From NCBI GenBank assembly GCA_951406725.2, contig OX597825.1, positions 6,758,001-6,822,000 on the forward strand: DNA of 64,000 nucleotides, written 5' to 3'. Origin of the DNA: Octopus vulgaris (lineage: Eukaryota). The notes beneath the pieces are model-generated. The model saw only the letters and a list, made by a program, of their open reading frames with translations. It did no database searches and had not been told where the DNA came from. This document shows positions 1-13,159 of the stretch, piece by piece. Both the position numbers and the translations under genes were made by a program. Every line of letters starts with the position of its first letter. The first letter of the stretch is position 1.

Positions 1-469
1 ATTTAAAATGAAGAAATATCAGAAATGCAGCAAGTTTGAAGACCTTGACTGGAATCACAGAACAAAACAGAAATTTTGAAAATTCTTCTCAGTGGAAATG
101 GTTGCAAAGAATGACTGTATTCCATACAAGTAAAAGTATTATGAGTGAAAATAGGTTTTACTTCAACCATTTGAGGTCCAATAATTATAGACATAAGCAA
201 GGTGGTAAGCTTGCAGAATCATCATTAGCATGCCCAGGTAAATTGCTATGTGGCATTTCATCTGTCTTTATGTTCTGAGTTCAAATTCTGCAATGATTGA
301 CTTTGCCTTTCATCCCTTTCAGAGGTCAATAAAATCAGTACCAGTTGAGCGCTGGGGTCAATGTAATTGACTTAGCCTCTACTCTGAATTTGCTGGCCTT
401 GTGCCAAAATTGGAAACCAATAATTATAGAGATAAATTATAAAAAATCTTCAGAAAGACATAATAATGT

Positions 470-720
470 TCTGTAGTTCTATATTTGAGAGATGAGGAAT
501 TATGTACATTATTTACATTTGATGAATATTTGTCCTGGGGGAATTTTGAACCTGGGTTCACACTCCTAAGGTATTTTTCCGATGTTATCATTATTATTAT
601 TCAGGTCACTGCCTGGCATCAAACTTAGATGAAGGCTGGAGAGTACATCAGCCGAAACGTTGTGTTAATGACAAAAAAGATGAGGACAAATATCCATCAA
701 ATATAAATAATGTGTATAAT
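470..720. mobile_element. Rearranged copy of the hammerhead-bearing SINE-like family
   Basis: 470-625 is minus-oriented with the hammerhead segment deleted. 628-720 carries that segment in plus orientation (GATGAaggctg...cagccGAAAcgttgtgtt). Confidence 0.65.
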
Positions 721-1061
721 CGGGACTCCCTTCGGTCACGACACTGACCATGGGATTGCACCTAGAAAGTTACCCTCTTAGTCACAAGTCTGGGCAAGGT
801 GGTTTATGGAAGAACAGCAGTTGCCCATGCATACTGGCCTCCCCTCTCCATGCCACCAGTGTTATCCAAGGGAAAGGCAAAGGGGCCGATACAGCTTGGC
901 ACCTGTGACGTCGCAACTCATTTCTACAGCTGAGTGAACTGGAGCAACGTGAAATAAAGTGTCTTGCTCAAGAACACATCATGCAGCCTGGTCCAGGAAT
1001 CGAGCTCACAACCTCACGATCGTAAGATCGATGCTCTAACCACTGAGCCATGCGCCTTCAC
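721..1061 (-). mobile_element. tRNA(Arg)-like SINE family C
   Basis: Head gaaggcgcatggctcagtggttagagc...ttACGat...gagctcgattcc, CORE-like gtgttcttgagcaagacactttatttcac block; flanked by aatgtgtat on both sides. Confidence 0.82.
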
Positions 1062-3140
1062 AATGTGTATTATAAGTTCCTTTTTAATAGAACATTAATG
1101 TGTATAATAATGTTCTATTAAAAAGGAGCTTGCAGACTTCTTAGAATTCAATACAAACTAACCTGTCTCAGGTTAATGAAAAGTTGTTTTTCCAGAAACT
1201 ATCTTTCAAATGTAGATTCAGAAGTTCAAACACACACACACAAACACACACACACAAACACACAGATGTATGCAGTCACCTCTTTAGAAGTGAATCAAGA
1301 TTTAAAACTGAATTAACTTGGCAAAGTGTCAAACAAGTGTGGTGCCTCTATGTAATTGTTTGGCTTGCTAGAAATAGCAACCAAATTTCACATCATATTC
1401 TAATGTTTCTACAAAAGGGAAGGATATATTAGATAAAGTATTCTGGGTCAAAGTATGTCTGTGTCTGCGAAGATCTAGAATTGTTATAACCAGAATATCT
1501 GATCAAAAGTGTGCTTCATTGGTTGGGAGGGTGGGTGACAGTTAAACAACAACAACAAAGGTGAAAAACAGACAAGAATCTCTTATTATCGAAACCCCAC
1601 AATTACCAAAGAATTTCAAGAGTTCCTGGAAAACGTTTACTTATTTCAGTAAAAAAGACTGATTTCACAGAGAAGAAATGTTAAATTCCATATTTATTCA
1701 AGACAGTAACCTTCTGGGTGAGTGGAACTATAGAATTACACATTTAGCTTTGACTTTATTTCAAGGATATTTATCTAAAGATAATCAGGAAATATAAACC
1801 AGAGAGAAACATCAAAGTTGAATTCAAATAACAGATTTTAAGCCAAATATTATATGAAAGAGTATGGAACTTATGTTTAGCAAATTTCCTCAGAAAACTT
1901 CTGCTAAGTAGAACCATTTCCTTGAAAAAGAACTTCATATGTAGTTAACCTGATTGTCTTCGTAATGTTACTTCTATCTTTTAATTGGAAATACTATCAT
2001 CTTCCTCATAGTCAATGGAAAACCAATTAGATGGAGTAACTCTGCCTTACTGCCACATTACAAAGAAATATGGTCACGTTATATGCATTCAGTGTATGAA
2101 CAATCATGCATGCGGTTACAAAATTATCTAAGTTATCAATAAAAATCATGGTACACGAAGAAACAAAAACAAAAAAAAACAACAAAAAAAACAAGATGAA
2201 AACAGAAATACAAAGAATGTCAACCAGATGCTGAAGTTATATCAATGTTGTGCACATGACTGGCATTGTGCAGCATTGTGCTGCAGCATGCATGGCAACA
2301 AAGAAGCAAAGATTAACTTCAGTCATTTTTCTTTTCAAGCTCGCAGAGAAACTGAACGTTTGAAAAGATTGCGTGATAACAAAATCAGCTTCTTCAAATC
2401 TGATTGCATATCGTTATCCATAACATGGCAAATAATACACTCTGCATACACAGACTTTTTTCGTTTTTTATTATTTTATTATATTTTATTTATAAACTTT
2501 TTGTTTGCCTTCTCTGCTTAAGTAAGATATATCTCAGCACTGTATAAAACAAAAAGCTCTCCATCTTTTTTTTTTATTTTTATTTTTTTACTCCCCCCCC
2601 CCCCTCAATGGTGAATCAAAGATTGTAATTAGCTAAAAGGGGCTTTCCCTATGACTTAATAAAAGATTTTTCTTTTTAAAAAAGATCTATATCTCATCGC
2701 CTTATACAAACAGATTACTTTGCTGAGGAAAGAATGCTACTTATTCCAACAAAATGATTACCATAACAATGGCAATCATTTTGCTGCTGATTGCTAATTC
2801 CATTTTGTTTGGAGAAAATATAATTTTCTGACAAAATAAGAAATTATAAAATAGCAGAACTATAACATTCGTCAGTTGAATTGCGGTTTTCAAAAGGAAA
2901 AGATAATATTTTTTTTAATGAATTACTAATGATTGTTTTAACCTCTCATGATTGAAAACAGAAAGCGGCAACATGGTAAGAAAGGAGCAGTTAGAATGGG
3001 CATCTGGTTACAGGCAGCAGCTCCCACAGTTTGATCAAATATCTTCTTAGAATAGAATCTGAAAAATCTAGTTCTCAGACTAAAATCTCACAATTTCCCT
3101 CTCCTCTCCTCAAGGAACACACTTTATGAATATCTATAAA

Positions 3141-3690
3141 TGGTGGTCAAGCATGACCTTCGTACTTTGAGTCTCACAGAGGTTATAACGAAAGACCGAG
3201 GCCTCTGGAGATATGCTGTGGCTTCGAAGACCCGACAAATGAAGTGAGTTCATGGCTCGTAGGACGGCCTGCTGTGCTAACCTTGGATCGTAGAGTGACC
3301 CGCTGTTCTTGAGGAGACCTATTGAGTCAAGTACGTCAACATCAAAATAAAAATTCAAATGGAAATTGTAGTTAAGACACCCGTGCTGGTGAGACGTAAA
3401 AAGCACCGTCCGAACGTGGCAGATGCCAGCGCCGCCTGACTGGCGTCCATGCTGGCGACACGTAAAAGCACTGTTTGCCAGCCTGCTCTGGCCCCTGTGC
3501 CAGTGGCACATAAAAAGCACCCACTACACTCATGGAGTGGTTGGCGTTAGGAAGGGCATCCAGCAGTAGTAACACTGCCAAATCAGACTAGAGCCTGGTG
3601 TAGCCTCCATTGCTTCCAGACCCCAGTCGAACCGTCCAACCCATGCTAGCATGGAAAACAGACGTTAAATGATGATGATGATGATGATAA
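3141..3690 (+). mobile_element. 5'-truncated RTE-clade LINE (ORF end plus 3' UTR)
   Basis: 3143-3247 reads VVKHDLRTLSLTEVITKDRGLWRYAVASKTRQMK*. The UTR has internal ggcacgtaaaaagcac repeats, a ggaagggcatccagc block and a (GAT)n tail. Confidence 0.8.
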
Positions 3691-4062
3691 TGACCAGTGG
3701 GAGGGGAAGAAGATGAGGAGTTGTTAACTCTGTAGATGACATTTTCCTTCATCTGCTTTTGTGGGAAAAGGTAGCTTGTTTGAAATATTCATAACAAACA
3801 CGATATTGCATGACTGTGGAAGTCGGAAACCAAAGGTGAAACATTTATGAAAGCTTGATGTGAATGTGAATTTAAGCCACATGAAAAGAGCAGTGCATGA
3901 AAAATAACTGAGATTATGTGTGGAGAGAAGGTGGTTACAGGGGTATAGACTGTGGTTCTTAAATAAATGGCTTATATGAGGTGGGAGTAGTAAACAGTTT
4001 CCATTAACTATTTGATAAGCATTTCAAGACTTCCTCCACCTCTTATTTCTTTATTGCCTACA

Positions 4063-4710
4063 AGGGACTAAACACAGAGGGGACAAACAAGGACAGACAA
4101 AGGGATTAAGTCGATTACATCGACCCCAGTGCATAACTGGAACATAATTTATCGACCATGAAAGGATGAAAGGCAAAGTCGACCCCGGCAGAATTTGAAC
4201 TCAGAACATAATGGCAGACGAAATACTGCTAAGCATTTTGCCCAGCATGCTAACGATTCTTATTTCTTTATTGACCACAAGGGACTAAACATAGAGGGGA
4301 CAAACAAGTACAGACAAAGGGATTAAGTCGATTACATCGACCCCAGTGCGTAACTGGAACATAATTTATTGACCATGAAAGGATGAAAGGCAAAGTCGAC
4401 CCCGGCAGAATTTGAACTCAGAACGTAATGGCAGACGAAATACTGCTAAGCATTTTGCCCAGCATGCTAACGATTCTTATTTCTTTATTGCCCACAAGGG
4501 GCTAAACATGGAGGGGACAAACAAGGACAGACAAAGGGATTAAGTCGATTACATCGACCCCAGTGTGTAACTGGTACTTTATTTATCGACCCCAAAAGGA
4601 TTAAAGGCAAAGTTGACCTCGGCGGAATTTGAACTTAGAACATAATGGCAGGCGAAATACTGCTAAGTATTTTGCCCTGTGTGCTAAAGTTTCTGCCAGC
4701 TCACTGCCTT
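4063..4710 (-). mobile_element. SINE family B (Deu/Nin-like central domain), head-to-tail trimer
   Basis: Three units of about 215 bp carrying ctttgcctttcatcctttcggggtcgataaattaagtaccag on the minus strand; only the right-most unit has the complete head. Domain name is from memory and unchecked. Confidence 0.85.
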
Positions 4711-5044
4711 TGTCTCTTCCTCCACCTCTGCAAGAGAGCAGCAGAGGGATAAACCTTCTTGAAGGAATGCCATCAAGAACACACAAGAGTTGTTTGGTGA
4801 GAAATGTACCATATGTGAAAGACTAAGTCATGACATACAATTGTGAGTGGGGTTCTAAAATTATTGGTCTAAACTAATTACACCATGATGATGATGAAGG
4901 GCCTTAAAGAAGAGGTGATGTGTGGGGCTGTGAACCCATCGAATTCATGTCAACATGTAAAAAGGGATGTTAAAAGGGTAACAACAATGATGATGATGGT
5001 AATGACCTCTAAGCAGAAACTCATTTAATCTGTATGCTCTAAGT

Positions 5045-5105
5045 CAGTGGTTCCCAAAGTGGGTGGTACCGCCACTCCTCTGGGGTCGGTGGAAAGATCC
5101 AGGGA
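5045..5105. mobile_element. hAT/Charlie-like terminal fragment
   Basis: cagtggttcccaaagtgggtggtaccgcc resembles Charlie TIR/subterminal sequence; partner end not seen. Confidence 0.45.
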
Positions 5106-5904
5106 GCTGTGTGTATGTTTTTGACTTAGGGAGATGCAGCTTGAATAAACTGTATAATTCATTACTTGATACTTCTCAAAACAGTATTGAGAAAAACTAG
5201 TCTGACTGAGGTAAACCTGTCACATTATACACCTTTGGCTAAATGAGGGATTCTGCTATGGTTTGGGTAGATTGTAGTCCCCAGTTTAGATGGACGTCGA
5301 TGACATCATAATAGAAATTCTCATTCTGTATTTATAGAGAATAAAATATATTCTAAAGCAAGAATTGATGTACTCTCTTTGAGGCCGAAGACAGAGGTAG
5401 GTACGAAATGATATTGATTTCTCATATCAATCAACACAGCTTATAAATATGTGAGGGCGATTAAGAAGATTTCATTAACATCAGTACAACATTTTATTTG
5501 TTCAAGTAAGTAGAATAATATTATAAATGCATAAAAGTTGGTGTGGGTAGAATTTGGTAGGAGAATATTGAGAGACAGTAAACACTGGAAGGTAATTAGC
5601 CCATTTCAGCCAGTCCATAGATTTAGGTATGTGATTATATTAATCAAATTTCAATAAGTAGACAACATTCTTCAATATTGGTCTAATTCTGTCAGAAGAA
5701 AAGTGCATACATTCCTGGTTTTCACTTGCTACAATTCTCTCTAAATGTGGCTACACTGGAATATTTTCACCCTTTATTGTTTTGGTCACATACAAAACAT
5801 TAACCCTTTAGTCTGCAGACTATTCTGTCATATGCAGTGCTTATCTATTCACATTGTTTTGAATTAATCATGCATTATCTTGTTCCTTTGAGATTTCAAT
5901 GATG

Positions 5905-6330
5905 ATGATCATCATCATCGTTTAATGTCCGCTTTCCATACTAGCATGGGTTGGACGATTTTGACTGAATGCTGGCGAACCAGATGGGTGCACCAGACTC
6001 CAATCTTGATCTGGCAGAGTTTTTACAGCTGGATGCCCTTCCTAACGCCAACCACTCCGAGAGTGTAGTGGGTGCGTTTTACGTGCCACCGGCACAGGGG
6101 CCAGTCAGGCGGTACTGGCAGTGACCTCACTCGAAGCTTTTTACATGTGCCACCGGCACAAGTGCCAGTGAAGCGACATTGGTAACGATCATGCTTGAAT
6201 GGTGCCCTTTTATGTGCCATGGGTACGGAAGCCAGTTGGCCACTCTGGCAACGATCACGCTCAGATGGTGCTCTTGGCACCCCACTAGCACAGGCACAAG
6301 TACCAGTAAGGCGACACTGGTAACGATCAT
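5905..6330 (-). mobile_element. RTE 3' UTR fragment inserted into a piggyBac-like MITE
   Basis: Reverse complement of 3380-3690. The flanks 5800-5900 and 6340-6478 resemble the two halves of the element at about 37660-37895. Confidence 0.7.
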
Positions 6331-7641
6331 ACTTGGTGGTTTATTCTTAGGATGACATTACATGGTAGGTATGAGAGGCCAGATGTGGCCAGCTTGAACA
6401 TAAAACAGAATATTTTGGCTGGATGTGGCCTGTTTAAATACATTAATACAAGCAGGAAATACTTTGGCAAGGTCATTAACGATGTCAAGTATGTAAAAAT
6501 GTGACCCAAAATCAGCTGACCTCTTCATCTTGCCAGTTACTGGATTTCTCCACTTGTGAGGCTCATCGAGTTACTTTATACTCTATCCTCTACAACGAGG
6601 AATTTTTCTCTAAAATCTTCAAAAGTAACAGCAAAAAAGGTTCAAAGTTTAACATTTCTGAGGCTGGGTACCACAACAGGAATGATTTACTGCTTCATCG
6701 GGACAGATGAAAACAAACATTAACAGCTGAATTTAACAAGGTAGCCTACATTAATTGCTGAGGTATTATTAAATTACACACAGAGTAGGGTCTATCAGAT
6801 GAAAAATTTTGATTAGGTGAGACTTTTATGCAATATCCATTTAAGGTCGATAAATTAAGTACCAGTTGCGTACTGAGGTCGATGTAATCGACTGGCTCCC
6901 TCCCCCAAAATTCCATGCCTTGTGCCTAGAGCAGAAAAGAATAGACAGTCTCTCTCTTTTGGCTGTGCTTAAGATTAGACAAAAAGAGACGGGAACTTTC
7001 TCTAAAATCTAAACACTACAACCAAGAGTGATAACTCTAGATTTAAATGAAATTTTTTGTAAATGATGTTGTTGATGGTAACGAGAGTTGTTTTCAAAGC
7101 AATTCATGAAAGTCACAGATATTCTTCAGTGATATTCGGTTCTATCAGCAAAAAATCTATTTAGTTGGCGATACATTAAATTAGAGGGTGCCAGTGTTAA
7201 GCAGTGATGTGTATAAATTACAAGGTTTATCACCAGTTCAAATATGCCTGGGGCACATTCGAACCTGTAAGAAAGCCATTTACTGTATTTCGTCATGGAG
7301 AAAATTTTCTCACTCTAGACAGATTAAATTAGATTGAGCTGAAGAATCCTAGAAAAAAGCACACAAAAAAAAAAGGCCTATTGTTCAAAATTAATCCTGA
7401 ATCTATAAGAATAGTTGGTTAAATCTAATCTTATTCCTGAATAGCTACAAGTGATATTATATCATACACTCTGAGAAATTTAAAATGAAAGGAACCGAAC
7501 TCAGCTGTGTTTGAATGTCATACCAAGAAGGGGAAAATGAAGAGAAGCTTTTAACGCATGCATACTTTTCTTTTAATCCTTACAAAAATGATACAAAAGG
7601 ATAAAAGAAAAGAGAATATAGAGATTTGACTATCAACACAT

Positions 7642-8044
7642 TACTCTTTTACTTGTTTCAGTCATTTGACTGCGGCCATGCTGGAGTACCACCTTTAATC
7701 GAGCAACTCGAACCCAGGACTTATTCTTTTGTAAGCCCAGTACTTATTCTATCGGTCTCTTTTTGCCGAACCGCTAAGTAAGTAACGGGGACATAAACAC
7801 ACCAGCATCGGTTGTCAAGCAATGCTAGGGGGACAAACACAGACACACACAAACACATATATATATATATATACATATATACGACGGGCTTCTTTCAGTT
7901 TCCGTCTACCAAATCCACTCACAAGGCTTTGGTCGGCCCAAGGCTATAGTAGAAGACACTTGCCCAAGGTGCCACGCAGTGGGACTTAACCCGGAACCAT
8001 GTGGTTGGTAAACAAGCTACTTACCACACAGCCACTCCTGCACC
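7642..8044 (-). mobile_element. tRNA-derived SINE family A, full length
   Basis: Head ggagtggctgtgtggtaag...ggttccgggttaagtccc, body gtggatttggtagacggaaactgaaagaagcccgtcg, internal (TA)/(TG) tract, tail aatgactgaaacaagtaaaagag. Confidence 0.88.
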
Positions 8045-8062
8045 TGTCGATACATTAAATAT

Positions 8063-8293
8063 ATTTCTTTACTACCCACAAGGGGCTAAACATAGAGGGG
8101 ACAAACAAGGACAGACAAAGGGATTAAGTCGATTACATCGACCCCAGTGCGAAACTGGTACTTTATTTATTGACCCCGAAAGGATGAAAGGCAAAGTTGA
8201 CCTTGGCAGAATTTGAACTCGGAACGTAACAACAGACGAAATACCGCTACGCATTTCGCCCGGCACACTAACAATTCTGCCAGCTCGCCGCCT
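8063..8293 (-). mobile_element. SINE family B monomer (other copies about 199-420 +, 23948-24155 -, 36095-36298 +, 37968-38178 +, 38510-38710 +, 55627-55850 +, 56520-56730 -, 61038-61258 +)
   Basis: ggcggcgagctggcagaa head, gagttcaaattc B box, shared central domain. Confidence 0.88.
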
Positions 8294-9010
8294 TATCAAT
8301 GCATTATATAACAAAGTAAAAGAGATGTTTCCGAGGTTTTTGGGTGGTGGAGTTCATCCATTAATCTTGGGTGTTTTAAGTCACTAGGAGAACGTTGGTG
8401 TGATATAATCATTATGACAACAGCCTAGACATCCAATTATATACAATTATAAAAGATTGGAACTAAAAATATTGTGAATTTTCATTAATTATGGCAAACT
8501 TATAGAGTAAACAACAACAAAACAACCAACAACATACTAAATCAGTCTTCAGACAGAAACATACACACATATACGCAAACACATAAAGTTTACTAGATTC
8601 AAATAAGAAATCATTTAAAGTAACCATTCTGTTGATTAGTTTCCAAAAAAAAAAAATTATTAGACATATAATAAGTAAAGAATATAAAAAGTAAATGATG
8701 ACAATAGCGAAGTAGAAAGTTAAAGCTACAAATTTTCCTTTATTACCAAAATGTGTGTGTAGTAAAGAACTCAAAATGGAGAATGGTGGCATTTGTATGA
8801 TTTGCTAAGCTGGTAATTCTTATCGAAGACCTAAATTAAATTAGAATCTATGCAAAAAATTTGCCTGTCTCCTATCATCTACCCACACAGATTTTGCTAA
8901 ATAAATCCTTGGTCACAGCATGAAGATATTATCTTTGAATAAAGAATTCTTGTTTGACCTTAACCCAGCTGAGATCCAATTAATCTATAGCCAAAGATAT
9001 AATCCCCCCT

Positions 9011-9065
9011 ATACAAGGGGACACTGAAAAGTTCCTAGCTTTGGATAAAAGAAAATACAGGAGGT
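9011..9065. mobile_element. Mariner-like TIR fragment
   Basis: tacaagggacactgaaaagttcctagc resembles TA+CGAGGG...GAAAAGT mariner termini. Confidence 0.4.
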
Positions 9066-9177
9066 TTCTGGTTGGAGAAGAACTTCTTCCCTCTCCCACC
9101 AATCTCAGAGGACCTGTAGTACAACCCTTTTGTCTGACTAAACAATGAAAAAGAAATCTCCTTAAAAGCTATTTTAA

Positions 9178-9427
9178 CCCTTTTATTACCCTATTTCTGT
9201 TGAGATGCTCTGTGCTTCTTTCAATTAATTTTAAAGATAATGTTTCTTCCAATTAACTTTAAATACAACAAAGAATTTATTAAAATAACTTAGTTATTAT
9301 TAAGATAGTGTTAGGAACATAAATTGCGACTAAGGTTTAGTAGAAAATTTTAATTCAGAACTTTTGAAAACGAGACATTTATACTACAGAGCTAGAGGTG
9401 GTTTCAGGCGGGTTGGTATCAAAAGGG
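9178..9427. mobile_element. piggyBac-type MITE
   Basis: TTAA|CCCTTTTATTACC ... GGTATCAAAAGGG|TTAA; TIR 11 of 13, TTAA on both sides. Confidence 0.75.
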
Positions 9428-10321
9428 TTAATGTAAAGATTTAAAATCTGTTGTTAGTTCAAATAACCACCTAGAGGACTCCTCATTGGCTTGTGCCTCA
9501 GGAGTATATCAGCCCAAGTAGAACTAACTGCTATTATATAACAATCAAACTGTGCTACTTCAAGGTAGCTTTCCTCTTTATTGTACAGGAACATTTAAAG
9601 AGGAATGTGTGTTTTGGCTATGAATATGGCACAATGCTGGTGGAAGTATACAATTTATGGACCAGTTTGATGGGAAGTGGTATCATATTGATATGAATCC
9701 CATAGCTCTCGAAGAAATGAAACCCCAATTGAAAAAGTTGGGACCAACGTCTTAAATATTTCATGATTATAATATTTCACACTAATTTTTAACTCATATT
9801 TGACAACAAGACAACTAAAGAAAGGCTGGCTGCATTGGAAGAGAAGCAGGAAAATATGAAGACGATGATGATGATGATGATGATGATGATGCATGCCTGC
9901 ACACACACATACATAGTGTGTTAATCTTTGCTGCCAGTAAATGGCTTCTCCCAAACCAACACACCTACATGTGGCCACACTCACTAACTGAATCCCTTAC
10001 AGGCCTAAAATTTTGGGGGAGAGTGCCAGTCGATTAGATCAACTCCAGTATGCAACTGGTACTTAATTTATCAACCCTGAAAGGATGAAAGGCAAAGTTG
10101 ACCTCGGCGGAATTTGAACCTTTTACACGATATTAAAACAGCGGCTAAAAATTTTCTGAAGCAGCACCCCCACTAATTTTATCTACGACCCACCACTGCT
10201 CCTTATGTCTGTGTGTCCCTGTCTCTCTTTCTCTGATGCATATATGCACTCACAGTGGAAGAAAGCAACAGTGGCAATGCTTCTCCAAATAAAGGTGAAA
10301 ATAGTAAGTCTGTCTCTTTAC

Positions 10322-10502
10322 GCTTTTACTTGTTTCAGTCAGGTGACTGCAGTCATGCTGGAGCACTGCCTTTAGTCAAGCAAATCAACCCTAGGACTTA
10401 TTCTTTGTAAGCCTACTACTTATTCTATTGGTCTCTTTTGCCGAACTGCTAAGTTATGGGGATGTAAACACATCAGCATCGGTTGTCAACACAGACACAC
10501 AA

Positions 10503-10540
<38 letters not shown>

Positions 10541-10704
10541 GATGGGCATCTTTCAGTTTCCGTCTACCAAATCCACTCACAAGGCATTGGTCGGCCCGAG
10601 GCTATAGTAGAAGACACTTGTCCAAGATGCCACGCAGTGGGACTGAACCCAGAACCATGTGGTTGGTAAGCAAGCTACTTACCACACAGCCACTCCTACG
10701 CCTG
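10322..10704 (-). mobile_element. SINE family A
   Basis: Colinear with 7642-8044, with a small internal deletion. Confidence 0.88.
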
Positions 10705-11277
10705 TGTCTGTTAATGATAGTTTAAAATTTTGAAAGAAGGTCAATTTTGGGGGAGAGGGAGAGTCAATTACATTGACCACCCCCAGAGATCAACTGCTTT
10801 TTATTTTATTGATCCTGAACAGATGAAAAGCAAAGTCGACTTTGATAGAACTTGAGCTCAGAACGTAATCACAGATGACATACCACTATTTTGGTTGGCA
10901 CGCTAAGCCTGTTAATATTAATGTGGATTGGCAGACTTGACAAAATTACCAGCTACAACCTTGCTGCTATTTGTTCCAATTCTTCATATTCTGAGTTTGA
11001 AACCCTGCCAAAGTCAAGTCTACCTTTCATCCTTCCAGGATCGGTAAAAATAAAATATTAGTCAAGTGCTGGGGTAGATCTAATATGCTGTACTACCCCT
11101 AATATTGGACCTTGTGCACTTGTTATAAACAATTATGATCAGCAGAATCAGTTGATGGACAGGCAAAAAGGGTTTTCCATTCTTCTCCATTCTTCCAGGA
11201 TCAGTTAAATTCCAAGGCAATTTAATGTACACGATTTGTTGAGTTGTACCCAGGAAATTCTCATGTAGTGGTGAGTT

Positions 11278-11668
11278 GCAGTGGCTGTGTGGTAAGCAGC
11301 TTACTTACCAACCACATGGTTCCGGGTTCAGTCCCACTGTGTGTGGAACCTTGGGCAAGTGTCTTCTACTTTGGCCTCGGGCCGACCAAAGCCTTGTGAG
11401 TGGATTTGGTAGACGGAAACTGAAAGAAGCCTGTCGATATATATATATGTGTATGTATATGTTTGTATGTCTGTCCACCCAAAATCGCTTGACAACCGAT
11501 GCTGGTGTGTTTACGTCCCCGTCACTTAGCGGTTCGGCAAGAGAGACTGATAGAATAAATACTAGGCTTACAAAAGAATAAGTCCTGGGATCGATTTGCT
11601 CGACTAAAAGGCGGTGCTCCAGCATGGCCGCAGTCAAATGACTGAAACAAATAAAAGAATAAAAAGAA
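11278..11668 (+). mobile_element. SINE family A
   Basis: Reverse complement of 7642-8044. Confidence 0.88.
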
Positions 11669-13141
11669 AGTGTGTCTTGCCAAAGTAGATGTATTTACGT
11701 ATCAATGCATACCTGTATGACGGAGTACTTAACGCAGAGACGGGTGGGAAATATTGTATCAACAACAGAGGAAACCTGATAAGACTGCATCAAGTGAAGA
11801 CTTCTAAGTATCATTATACATCACCATTAACTCCTAGTACTACTGACAAGCTACTATAACTACTACTACTACTACTATACAATCTGAAATTAATACCCGT
11901 CGCTGGATAACCCCGGAATAGCCCTCACCAAAGAGACTTATAATCAGTGACCGTTTTCTGTTTTAATTCTACCCCGTATCTAATTAGTCCCGTATTATTT
12001 TATTGTGTTCTTTTTCTTCAAGATGCTAGGGTACAATCTGAATGCGATTTTGGCTACTATTTTCAGCAGGCCGAGCGTCCACATGTGTAAACATGCTGCT
12101 AACAAGTTACGTCAGTGAGACCCGTATACAAGTACACAGATGGTAAATGTGAAAATGTATTATTAATGCATGGGACACTAATCTTGCTATTAATAGGTTT
12201 TTGATTGGATTGTCACTTTGGTGAAATCCATAGCTGCAGATACAAGACAAAAATATAAGTTTATTATTCGCGAGGAAAATACTTTTTTAAAGTTTAAAAT
12301 TCCAGTCAAACTTGTGTTTTCTGATGCGAAAAGAAAAAGTAATTTTAAACGGGAGATGATTATGTAGAGTTCTTGTTTTCTGACCTAATTTATATATTTA
12401 TTCTTAGGACGACCAGTTATTTATATTCTTTCTTGTTTATCGTTTTCGTTGACCCACCACCACCAGATTTAACAATCTCTATGCACACAAACACACATTA
12501 TTATTATTATTATTATTATTATTTTTAACCATACTGTCTCCTCTCTATTCCGGCAACATTTTCCTAATCCTTTCAACGGCCTGCATCTATCTATCTACAG
12601 GAACGTGTATTCTGAATTTACACACACCTACACGCACACAGAGTTTGCTTTCTTTCTCGTTTCTAGAAACATTATCCCAGTTCGTGTTGCTGTTATTATG
12701 TATATTATAATAATTGTTAGATTTATTGATAGAATCGGCGAGCTGTTGATGTATGGATATTTGAGAGAGAGAGAAGGAAGTTGTTGAAGACGAAATGTAA
12801 GAGGGGAGAATAGCCTCCAACCGTTTCCTTACTTCGACCTTCCGTCTACATAGCTTTCAGATAACAACACACAAAATAATAATAATAATTAATGATAACG
12901 GTACCATTTTCTTTATATCACATCAATACTATTGTCATTAGCAAGCAAATGAATATGACCATATTAATATTAATTAACCACCCGTCTCTATATTACCGAC
13001 ACCAATAACTCAAGCACCTTCCGCAGACAAACACAATAACAAAATCAGTTGAATATAGTCTAAATTAAGTAGTTTGTTAATTTCTTTTTTTGAAGATATC
13101 CATAAATGTAGAAAGAGAAATAAATAAAAAGTGATACTTAC

Positions 13142-13159
13142 ATGGTTTAGATACTCCAT
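13142..13159 (-). CDS. Candidate 18-nt microexon, (D)GVSKP linker after the Ig domain
   Basis: Minus strand reads cttctttgttttctcttgcag|ATGGAGTATCTAAACCAT|gtaagt, with consensus acceptor and donor. Length is divisible by 3 and it is open in phase 1, matching the Ig exon donor. It could instead be a first coding exon (MEYLNH) of another transcript. Confidence 0.55.

Noticed and set aside
4063-4710. Regularly spaced repeats suggestive of a CRISPR array
   Set aside because: Units are whole SINE bodies of about 215 bp without unique spacers; eukaryotic context and no cas genes.
1-13100. Second Ig-domain exon of the Dpr-like gene
   Set aside because: Searched by eye and in the ORF track without finding C...W...DSG-Y-C; probably outside the window. 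The exon carrying the first Ig cysteine was also not located.
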